This document shows, piece by piece, positions 56,772-64,000 of a DNA stretch of 64,000 nucleotides. How positions within the stretch are numbered: position 1 is the stretch's first letter; every line of letters starts with the position of its first letter. The translations under genes and the position numbers were made by a program. Source of the stretch: an uncultured Myxococcales bacterium (GTDB lineage Bacteria; Myxococcota_A; Bradymonadia; UBA7976; UBA1532); contig CAINDO010000548.1 of NCBI GenBank assembly GCA_903847385.1, positions 9,918 through 73,917 on the forward strand, written 5' to 3'. The notes below the pieces were generated by a model. The model was not told the DNA's origin, did not search any database, and saw only the letters and a list, made by a program, of their open reading frames with translations.

Positions 56772-58256
56772 ATGTCCGATGAGCGTTTCCCTCCACCTCG
56801 TAGTCGCCTGACCTGGTCCGAGCTGCCCGGCGTGACCGGCTCCGCGTCCGGCTCGGTCACCGCGGCGGACACCGAGTCCAATCCCGTCCTGGGGGTCGAA
56901 GACGCCCCGCCCGAGGGCGACGACGACGACGAACTCGACGAGACGACGCGCCACGAGCGGCCCGGCCTCCGCCGTGTGCGGACGGACGCGCCCACCACGC
57001 TGCGCCTGCAGAGCCGCTACCGCGAGTCCCGCCCCATCGGCAAGGGCGGCATGAGCACGGTCCATCGCGTGACGGACGCCGTCGTCGGCCGGCGCGTGGC
57101 CGTCAAGATGTTCAAGGTCGGCGGTCCGGTCTCCCGGGAAGACGAGGAACGCTTCATCGAGGAGGCCCGTATCACGGGCCAGCTCGAGCACCCGAACATC
57201 GTGCCCATCCACGATCTGTGCGTGGACGACACGGACCAGCCGCCGTACTTCACGATGAAGCTGGTGCAGGGCCGCACGCTCACCGAGATGATCCGCGAGC
57301 ACGCCCACGAGCCGCTCACGGTCGCGTTCCTCGAGCCGCTGCTCGAGGCGTTCCTGAGGGTATGCGACGCCATCGCCTACGCCCACACGCGCGGCGTGAT
57401 TCATCGCGACCTCAAGCCCGAGAACATCATGGTGGGCAGCCATGGTCAGGTCTACGTGATGGACTGGGGCGTGGCGCGCCTGATGCCGCGGGCGACGGAT
57501 CCGGACGAGAGCGTGCAGCTCCAGGGCACGGCCACGCGGGACGAGCGCGGCAGCATCATCGGCACGATGATCTACATGTCGCCGGAGCAGGCCATGGGCC
57601 TGACGGACGAGGTCGACGAGCGCACGGACGTCTTCGGCCTCGGCGCGATGCTCTATGCGATCCTGACGGCGCGTCCGCCCTACATGGGCCGGACGCACAT
57701 CGAGGTGCTGCGGCAGGCGCGCGAGGCTCAGATCCTCCCGCCGGACGTCGTGGCGCCGCACCGCACGCCGCCGCCGGAGCTGTGCCGCATCGTGATGCGG
57801 GCGCTCGCCCACATGCCCATCGACCGCTACCAGCGTGTCGAGGAACTCCGGGCGGACGTCGCCGCGTTCGTGCGGGGCGGGGGATGGTTCCCCACGCGCA
57901 CCTACGCCGCCGGCGAGGTCATCGTGCAGGAGGGTGATCCCGGCGAGGACGCCTTCATCATCGTCCAGGGGGAGTGCGAGGTCGTGAAGGCCGAGCGCGG
58001 CGTGTCCCGCGCCGTCAAGCGCCTCGGCCCCGGTGACGTCTTCGGCGAGGCCGGCGTGTTCAGCGCGCGGCCGCGAACGGCCAGCGTCGTGGCGCGCAGC
58101 CCCGTGATCGTCAAGCTGGTCACCCGGGCGGCCCTGCACCGCGAGCTCGAGGGCCGCGACTGGCTGCGGGCCTTCTTCGAGGCGCTCGCCGACCGCTTCG
58201 TCTCGCTGGACTCCGAACTGTCCCGCGTCCGCGCCGAGCGGCACGAGGACACCTGA
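56772..58256 (+). CDS. Ser/Thr protein kinase fused to a C-terminal cyclic-nucleotide-binding domain
   Basis: ORF 56730..58256 trimmed to the ATG at 56772. Kinase motifs are GKGGMSTV, VAVK, HRDLKPENIM, DWG and SPEQ. cNMP-binding pattern: GEVIVQEGDPGEDAFIIVQGECEV..LGPGDVFGEAGVFSARPRTASVVA. Confidence 0.9.
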   Translation: MSDERFPPPRSRLTWSELPGVTGSASGSVTAADTESNPVLGVEDAPPEGDDDDELDETTRHERPGLRRVRTDAPTTLRLQSRYRESRPIGKGGMSTVHRVTDAVVGRRVAVKMFKVGGPVSREDEERFIEEARITGQLEHPNIVPIHDLCVDDTDQPPYFTMKLVQGRTLTEMIREHAHEPLTVAFLEPLLEAFLRVCDAIAYAHTRGVIHRDLKPENIMVGSHGQVYVMDWGVARLMPRATDPDESVQLQGTATRDERGSIIGTMIYMSPEQAMGLTDEVDERTDVFGLGAMLYAILTARPPYMGRTHIEVLRQAREAQILPPDVVAPHRTPPPELCRIVMRALAHMPIDRYQRVEELRADVAAFVRGGGWFPTRTYAAGEVIVQEGDPGEDAFIIVQGECEVVKAERGVSRAVKRLGPGDVFGEAGVFSARPRTASVVARSPVIVKLVTRAALHRELEGRDWLRAFFEALADRFVSLDSELSRVRAERHEDT

Positions 58257-58297
58257 ACGCGCGCCCCGCGGGGCCGCCCTCGCAGAGAAAGGTCGAC

Positions 58298-58690
58298 GTG
58301 GAAGGCGACGAGCTCACGCACTTTCGCCGGGTCCTTCGGGAACGGCGCCAGGCGCTGCTGGATGAAGGCGACGTGCCCATCGAGCGCATCCGCAAGGATC
58401 CGTCCGAGGTGGGCGGTGACGAGGACGAGCAGCCGCTCACGGAGATGAGTCAGGCGCTCGCGTCGAGCCGCAACCGCGCGCGCGCCGCGGAGCTCAAGCA
58501 GGTCGAGGAGGCCATCTCGCGCCTCGAGGCCGATCCGGAGATGTTCGGCCTGTGCAGCACGTGCGAGGAGCCGATCGCGCGTCGGCGTCTCGAGGCCATG
58601 CCCCACGCCCGGATGTGCGTGGCGTGCCAGAGCGTGGTGGAGGACCCCGTGAAGCGGGGCCCGCGAAAGAAGCTGACCGACTTCGTCTGA
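58298..58690 (+). CDS. DksA/TraR-family C4 zinc-finger protein
   Basis: GTG start at 58298. A coiled-coil N-terminus is followed by the CSTCEEPI..RMCVACQ four-Cys finger. It is 130 aa long. Confidence 0.85.
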   Translation: MEGDELTHFRRVLRERRQALLDEGDVPIERIRKDPSEVGGDEDEQPLTEMSQALASSRNRARAAELKQVEEAISRLEADPEMFGLCSTCEEPIARRRLEAMPHARMCVACQSVVEDPVKRGPRKKLTDFV

Positions 58691-58699
58691 GCGCGGCGC

Positions 58700-60106
58700 T
58701 CAGCGAATCGCCATGCCCTCGAACGTGAGCGCGCGCTCCAGGACGATCGTGCCGCGGGCGCGCGGATCGTTCGTGTCGAACTCGCGGCTCTTCACGCGGG
58801 TGATGTCGACGTAGATGGTCCCGATGTTACCGGGGATCCAGCCCAGCACGGCGCCGGCGAAGTCGAAGCTGCCCGTGGCGTCGTCCGCCTCGCAGACGAT
58901 GTTCTGATTCCAGCCGTCCGCCCGGAGCTTGACGCGCAGCGTGTCGCCGTTGCCCGGCGTCCACGTGAGGGTGGTGCCGGCGCGGTCGAAGTTGCCGTTC
59001 AGATCGGGGCTCACGCCCGCGACGTCCAGCGGGGTGGCGATGTCGCGCTCGAAGCCGCCGACCCGCTGAGCGCCGGCGCCCGTGAAGGTCAGCAGCGTGT
59101 TCTCGTCCCAAAGATCGAAGAGGTCGAACGCGGCCGGCGTCGGCGTGTACTCGGCGGACCGATCGTCGAACGTGAACAGCAGATCCTGAAGGATCGTGCC
59201 GGCGACGACGATGTCACCACCGCTGACCGGATCGAAGAGGCCGGGGTTGCCGAAGTCCGCGGCGCCGTAGAGCGCGCAGGTGCCCGAGGTCTGGGCCGGC
59301 TCGGGATCCGTCGGCAGGGTGCGGTAGTCGCGGAAGTAGACCTGCAGATCGAGGAAGAGCGGGTCGGGGAAGGGGCTGTTGCGCAGGTTCTGGGCCTCGC
59401 GCATGAAGAACAGACCCTGGAGATCCGGCGCGGGGCCGACGGGCACGCCCGCGTCCGACTCGACCGGCGTGCCGCCGATGGGCCCGACGTTGCCGCCCTG
59501 GCCATGGTTGCCGCCGGCGGGGCCGACGTTGCCGCCCTGGGCGGAGCCGCCCTGGGCGAAGCCACCCTGGCCCTGGTTGCCGCCGGCGGGGCCGACGTTG
59601 CCGCCGGCGGGGCCGACGTTGCCGCCCTGACCGAAGCCGCCGTCGCCCGTCGCGCCGCCCTGGGGGATGACGGCGCCGCCGGTGTCACCACCGCCGCCGT
59701 TGCCGCCGACGGGCGTGCCGCCGGTGCCGCCGACGGGCGTGCCGCCGGTGCCGCCGGTGTTGCCGCCGAGGGGCTCGTCGCCGCCCTTGCCCTGGTGACC
59801 GGCCTCGCCGCCGCCGGTGCTGCCGCCGGAGTTGCCGCCCTGGGGCGTATCGCCGCCGTTGCCGTTGCCGCCGGTGCTGCCGCCGCTGCCGGTGCCGCCG
59901 GTGTTGCCACCGACGTTGCCGCCCAGAGGCGTGTCCCCGCCGGCGCCGCCGGTCGTGCCGCCCGGCGTGCCTTCGCCGCCGGTGCTCCCGCCGAAGCCGG
60001 TCCCGGCGTCGTCCGTGGGTTTGCTCGACCCGATCGAGTCGCCGCACGCCCACAGGCCCAGCGCAACCTGCGCCGCGATCAGTCCCTTGGTCATCCGCAT
60101 GGCCAT
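58700..60106 (-). CDS. Lipoprotein with a ~190-aa Gly-rich tether and a C-terminal ~240-aa domain of unknown function
   Basis: MAMRMTKGLIAAQVALGLWAC (lipobox). ATGs occur at 60106, 60100 and 60094. Gly-rich repeats (GGNVGPAGGN, GGTGGTPVGG) are followed by the globular part (LFFMREAQNLRNSPFPDPLF...). Confidence 0.75.
   Translation of the reverse strand: MAMRMTKGLIAAQVALGLWACGDSIGSSKPTDDAGTGFGGSTGGEGTPGGTTGGAGGDTPLGGNVGGNTGGTGSGGSTGGNGNGGDTPQGGNSGGSTGGGEAGHQGKGGDEPLGGNTGGTGGTPVGGTGGTPVGGNGGGGDTGGAVIPQGGATGDGGFGQGGNVGPAGGNVGPAGGNQGQGGFAQGGSAQGGNVGPAGGNHGQGGNVGPIGGTPVESDAGVPVGPAPDLQGLFFMREAQNLRNSPFPDPLFLDLQVYFRDYRTLPTDPEPAQTSGTCALYGAADFGNPGLFDPVSGGDIVVAGTILQDLLFTFDDRSAEYTPTPAAFDLFDLWDENTLLTFTGAGAQRVGGFERDIATPLDVAGVSPDLNGNFDRAGTTLTWTPGNGDTLRVKLRADGWNQNIVCEADDATGSFDFAGAVLGWIPGNIGTIYVDITRVKSREFDTNDPRARGTIVLERALTFEGMAIR
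59480..59630 (-). repeat. Imperfect in-frame tandem repeats encoding GGNVGPAGGN(Q/H)GQGG (coordinates approximate)
   Basis: gccggcggggccgacgttgcc occurs in direct tandem at 59583 and 59604 (21-nt period). A further copy lies near 59516. Confidence 0.7.
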
Positions 60107-60146
60107 GGCAGCTCCCTCCCCAGGTTCGGTCTCAGTCTCGCGCCGT

Positions 60147-61043
60147 TCAGGCGTCCAGTTCCGCGGCCTTGTCGCGCAGCATCTTCACGGCGTCCGTCAC
60201 CTTGACGCGGCGGTCGGCCGCGGAGGTCTTGGCCAGCTCGCGTCCCTGCCAGTGCAGCTCGATGAGCGGGCCGTTCTGGCGGGTGACGCCGAGGGCCTCG
60301 GCCACCTGGACGAATCGTTCCAGATCCACCTTGCTCAGATCCAGTCGACCGCCGAGCTGGTCGTGATTCATGGAGCCGGTGTCGAGGACGTCCAGCAGCT
60401 TGTTGATGCGCAGCGACGTGAAGAGCTCCTTCACGGGCGTGCGGTGTACGATGCGGGCGGGCGGGAGCTGCGTGACGGGCGACGAGTGGCTCGGCGGCGT
60501 GGGGGCCGCGCCGTCGGACGTGTCCTTGCCGGCGCGCTTGCGGGGCTCGCCCGTGGCCTTCTTCGTCGTGCCCTTGGCGGGCTTCTCGGCCTTCTCGCCG
60601 GCGGCTTTCTTGGCCGAGGGCGCGCGCGTGGACTTGCTGGCCTTCTCGCGCTCGGCGCGCTGGTCCGCCAGGATCTGCAGGTCCTCCATCGTGATGCCCG
60701 GCGTGGGCTCGACGTGGGACTGACCGGCGGCCTGCCCGGCGATCACCTGGCGGATCTTCTCGATGAAGGCCGGCGACAGGGCGAGGTTTCCCGCCTTCTC
60801 GACCAGGACGGCGCGCTTGATGAGGTCGCGCAGCAGCTGCGGGAAGCTCATCTCGTAGAACTTGGCCGCCCCACCGGTGAGGCTCGTGCCCGCCGCGTGG
60901 CGGACGCCTGCGGCGGGCCCCGGATGTTGCACCGCTGCGATCACCAGCAGGCGGTCGAAGGTCTGCGTGATGCCCACGCGGCGCCACAGTTGGTCGTTCA
61001 GCGTGGTGAGGATCTGCGGATCGATGCTGACCGGCTCGGTCAA
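60147..61043 (-). CDS. Hypothetical two-domain protein with a Lys/Ala/Pro-rich histone-H1-like linker
   Basis: The TTG at 61043 has AGGAG 7 nt upstream, and there is no upstream in-frame ATG. The linker is EKASKSTRAPSAKKAAGEKAEKPAKGTTKKATGEPRKRAGK. It separates two ~110-aa helical regions. Confidence 0.6.
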   Translation of the reverse strand: MTEPVSIDPQILTTLNDQLWRRVGITQTFDRLLVIAAVQHPGPAAGVRHAAGTSLTGGAAKFYEMSFPQLLRDLIKRAVLVEKAGNLALSPAFIEKIRQVIAGQAAGQSHVEPTPGITMEDLQILADQRAEREKASKSTRAPSAKKAAGEKAEKPAKGTTKKATGEPRKRAGKDTSDGAAPTPPSHSSPVTQLPPARIVHRTPVKELFTSLRINKLLDVLDTGSMNHDQLGGRLDLSKVDLERFVQVAEALGVTRQNGPLIELHWQGRELAKTSAADRRVKVTDAVKMLRDKAAELDA

Positions 61044-61162
61044 GGGAGTGCTCCTGGGACGACAGGCTGTGAAAGAACGGCGAAATTCTCACAGAGGTCC
61101 GGGGCAGACTCAATCATTTACGCCGGTTTCGGCGCATTGGTCCCAGGACCCCGCGGCGCGCC

Positions 61163-63775
61163 TCAGCCGGAGACGTCGCGACAGAGGCGGAATCCCACAT
61201 CCGGCGCCGTTCGATCCGACGGCATGACGTCGCGCACCCACAGGGGCCGCGCGCCGCCCGTCAGGTAAGAACCCCCCCGGACGACGAGGCGCGGGCTGCT
61301 GCCGGGCTCGAGTGTCGAGGTCCACTCGCGCACGCCGCCCGCCAGATCGTAGACGCCGTAGGGCGAGCAGTCGCCGGCCATCTGTCCGACCGGGGGCGGC
61401 CGGCCGGTGGCCCACGTCTCGGCCGTGGCGGCGAAGGTGGGCTCCCAGCGGTTGCCCCAGGGGAAGACCCGCCCCTCGGCGCCCCGGGCGGCCTTCTCCC
61501 ACTCTTCTTCCGTCGGCAGCCGGTAGGAGACGCGGTCGCGCTCGCTGAGCCACTGACAGAACGCGCTCGCGGCCAGGAACGTGATGCCGGTGATCGGCTC
61601 GTCCGGGTCGACGGGCCCGAACTCGGAGTCGTTGCCGGGGAGCTGGAAGTTGGCGTGGGTGTCGGGTCGCCAGGCGAGGCGGCGACCGTCCGCGGAGCGC
61701 GGCACGTAACCGGGCGCGGCGCTGGGGGAGCGGCGACCGGCGTCCCGCAGGAACTCGATGTACTGCCCGCAGGTCACGGGCAGCGCGGACATCAGGTAGT
61801 CGGGCAGCGCGTGCTCGGCGGCCGGCAGGAAGAAGCCGGCCTGGGTGCCGCAGCGGAACGTGCCCGCGGGGATGTGCACGAAACCCTGGGGAACGGAGCC
61901 GGCGGGGAGCAGCCGCAGCCGGACCCGGGTGCTCTGCCCGGCGGTGACCGCCAGGGACCCGATGAGCGTCTCGTGATCGGCCGCCTGGGCCGTGAGCCGG
62001 TAGATGCCGGCGGGCAGGGCCTCGATCCGGGCGGGGGAGACGCCGAGGTCCCGGGGCGTGGCCGGCACGAGGCGGCGGTTCTTCTCGAAGCAGCGCCACA
62101 GGCGGATGTGCGCGCCGCGGGGGTGGGTCTCCACCTGCAACGCGCCCGTGCCCTCGAGGATCGCCGTGTGCTGGCCGTCGTCGTATTCGCGCAGGAGCGC
62201 GCGGTAGAAGGCCGCGGTCGCTTCGTCCCCGCGCTCGGCGGCGCGCTCGTGGCGCAGCAGGAACTGTTCGCACAGGAGCGCTCGGGCCTCGCTGTGGTCC
62301 GAGTCCAGCGTCACCGCGCGGCTGAGGAGCGCGACGGACTCGGCGTTGGCCTCGGCGACCTCGATCTCGATGGCCCGCATGCGGGACTCGGCCTCCCAGA
62401 TGTCCTGCTTGCGCTCGGGGGGATCCTGGGGATCGACCTGGGCCCGGGCGGTGGCCAGGTTGTCGCGGACCAGCGCCATGTCCTCCATCAGGTTCTGCTG
62501 GCGGGCGATGGCGGCCACGCCGCGGCCGACGAGATCCTCGACGGAGACGGCCTGCTGGCCCTCGGGGCGCTCGAGCCACTTGGCGATGGCCTGGGCGAGC
62601 TCCCGCGCATCGGTGAAGCGCTGGCTCGGCTCGCGCGCCATGCAGCGCTGACAGATGGTGTCGAGCTCCGGCGGGATGTTCTGCTCCGGCGCCCGCACGC
62701 GCAGCGGCGGCAAAGGCTCTGCCAGGACCTTCTGCACGATCTCGCGGTTCGTCTTGCCGATGAACGGCGGCCGCAGCGTGAGCAGGTGGTACAGGATCGC
62801 GCCCAGGCCATAGACGTCCGTCCGCGCGTCCACCTGATCGATGAGGCCCATGGCCTGTTCGGGGGCCATGTAGGCCGGCGTGCCGATGATCTGGCCGTGG
62901 ACCGTGCGCCAGCGGTCGCTCGTGGAGCGCGTCGAGCGGGTGGCGTCGCTGACCACCTTGCACAGGCCCCAGTCGAGCAGCGCGACCTCGCCGAAGTCTC
63001 CCACCATCACGTTCGACGGCTTGAGATCGCGGTGCACGACGCCCCGGGTGTGGGCGAAGGCCACGGCGAGGCAGAGCTGGTGGAAGATGGTCAGAATGCG
63101 CATGCGGCCGAACTGCGCGACCTCGTCCGGATCGCCTCGGCGCAGGCTGCCGATGATGTCCTTGAGGCTGCGGCCCTCGATGCGCCGCATCACGAACGCG
63201 ACCTGGTCGTGCAGGCGGCCCAGCTCATAGACCGGCACGATGTTGGGGTGCTGCAGCTGCCCCGTGACCTGGGCCTCCTCGAGGAAACGCACGCGGTCGA
63301 GGTCGCGCGCGGTGGTCTTGCGCAGCACCTTGATGGCGACGGGCCGGCCCAGATGCAGGTCCCAGGCGCTCAGGATGCGACCCATGGCGCCGCGCGCGAT
63401 CTCGCCCTGCAGGTCGAAGCGGGTGGTGATGTCCAGCAGTCGCCCGATGAGCTCGTCCACCGTCGGCTCGTCCACGCGGGCGAGCTGCGAGATGCGGGGG
63501 ACGACCTCGTCGTTGATCGTCTGGTCCTCGGTGGCGGGCGCGTCGAGCTGCGCGTGCACCGGGCGGGGCGCGGCGACCGCGGCGGGCGTGGGGCGCGGCG
63601 CGGCGTCGGAGCCGAGCAGGCGCTCGACCTCGGCGGCGTCGAAACCGACCTCCAGCAGGGCGTCCTCGGGCGTCTTGCGGCCCTCGGAGACGGCCCGCCG
63701 CAGCTCCTCGAAGACGGCCGGCGGCAGGTGTACGCGGCTTCTCAGCCGTTCGAGCAGGGCGTCACGTTCCGTCAT
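61163..63775 (-). CDS. Ser/Thr protein kinase fused to a coiled-coil region, a PEGA-like module and a C-terminal FGE-sulfatase (SUMF1) domain; no TM segment
   Basis: 870-aa ORF. Kinase motifs are GAMGRIL, VAIK, HRDLKPSNVM, DWG and APEQ. The PEGA-like module is LQVETHPRGAHIRLW. FGE pattern: GITFLAASAFCQWL, RLPTEEEWEKAARG, VVRGGSY. Confidence 0.9.
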   Translation of the reverse strand: MTERDALLERLRSRVHLPPAVFEELRRAVSEGRKTPEDALLEVGFDAAEVERLLGSDAAPRPTPAAVAAPRPVHAQLDAPATEDQTINDEVVPRISQLARVDEPTVDELIGRLLDITTRFDLQGEIARGAMGRILSAWDLHLGRPVAIKVLRKTTARDLDRVRFLEEAQVTGQLQHPNIVPVYELGRLHDQVAFVMRRIEGRSLKDIIGSLRRGDPDEVAQFGRMRILTIFHQLCLAVAFAHTRGVVHRDLKPSNVMVGDFGEVALLDWGLCKVVSDATRSTRSTSDRWRTVHGQIIGTPAYMAPEQAMGLIDQVDARTDVYGLGAILYHLLTLRPPFIGKTNREIVQKVLAEPLPPLRVRAPEQNIPPELDTICQRCMAREPSQRFTDARELAQAIAKWLERPEGQQAVSVEDLVGRGVAAIARQQNLMEDMALVRDNLATARAQVDPQDPPERKQDIWEAESRMRAIEIEVAEANAESVALLSRAVTLDSDHSEARALLCEQFLLRHERAAERGDEATAAFYRALLREYDDGQHTAILEGTGALQVETHPRGAHIRLWRCFEKNRRLVPATPRDLGVSPARIEALPAGIYRLTAQAADHETLIGSLAVTAGQSTRVRLRLLPAGSVPQGFVHIPAGTFRCGTQAGFFLPAAEHALPDYLMSALPVTCGQYIEFLRDAGRRSPSAAPGYVPRSADGRRLAWRPDTHANFQLPGNDSEFGPVDPDEPITGITFLAASAFCQWLSERDRVSYRLPTEEEWEKAARGAEGRVFPWGNRWEPTFAATAETWATGRPPPVGQMAGDCSPYGVYDLAGGVREWTSTLEPGSSPRLVVRGGSYLTGGARPLWVRDVMPSDRTAPDVGFRLCRDVSG

Positions 63776-63804
63776 GCCGGCGAGAGTATGACAACCGGCG
63801 AAGG

Positions 63805-64000
63805 TTCAAAACTGGTTCGTCGCCTGCACGCGCGGGCTGTGCGGAAAGCGGCGGCGGAACTCGGCGCCGGCGGTGCGGGCGGCGGCGGCGTCCCCGGCGG
63901 CGTGCCAGGCGGCGCCGAGCTCGTAGGCGGCCTCCTCGGCGTGGATGCCCTCGGGCGAGGCGTCGAGGAGCGCCTGCCAGAGCGCGGCGGCCTCGCGCGG
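63805..64000 (-). CDS. 3' end of a gene whose start lies beyond the window (TPR-like tail)
   Basis: The frame ending at the TGA (63805-63807) reads ...ASPEGIHAEEAAYELGAAWHAAGDAAAARTAGAEFRRRFPHSPRVQATNQF. The frame becomes ambiguous in the last ~45 nt of the window. Confidence 0.35.

Noticed and set aside
63950-64000. Apparent frame switch at the window edge. One frame reads PREAAALWQALLDGL..., and the frame continuous with the stop reads RARPPRSGRRSSTASPEG...
   Set aside because: Only ~50 nt are available and both frames are open in high-GC DNA, so I cannot distinguish a true frameshift or pseudogene from chance. The gene is reported as a low-confidence partial CDS only.

Overview
This is a roughly 70% GC, gene-dense bacterial chromosome segment. 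I call 46 protein-coding genes, two of them cut by the window edges. I found no rRNA, tRNA, CRISPR array, transposase, integrase or recognisable phage or defence genes. The gene content points to a myxobacterium-like organism (Myxococcota), by inference only: PEGA domains in four proteins, Cys-rich repeat lipoproteins, three Hanks-type Ser/Thr kinases, FGE-domain fusions, a type IV pilus minor-pilin/PilY1 cluster and a class III PHA synthase. Many gene junctions are 1-8 nt overlaps (ATGA, GTGA, TTGA, TGATG), which I used to trim the 5'-extended ORFs in the supplied track. That track treats GTG and TTG as M. The long Arg/Gly/Ala-rich ORFs antisense to recognisable genes are treated as high-GC artefacts. 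Modules from left to right: a lipoprotein 5'-nucleotidase operon with two paralogous beta-barrels; a histidine kinase with a receiver-PilZ regulator; a P-domain lipoprotein; a homocysteine methyltransferase/MTHFR fusion plus a GT2 enzyme; two paralogous Cys-rich lipoproteins; an S1 homolog; the AmmeMemoRadiSam trio; an ABC1 kinase; murJ; prfC coupled to an FGE lipoprotein; a barrel / 13-heme cytochrome / lipoprotein / FadL-like operon; fimT-pilVWXY1-like genes behind a sigma-54-type promoter; a phasin-like gene with phaE, phaC and phaR and operator-like palindromes; and a kinase-rich region containing a TonB-dependent receptor. The two candidates I rank highest for novelty are the porin-cytochrome-like four-gene module (31584..36745) and the PEGA-tailed Ser/Thr kinase co-transcribed with a PEGA-extended TonB-dependent receptor (49146..54032). 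All family assignments come from motifs read by eye. No database search was run.
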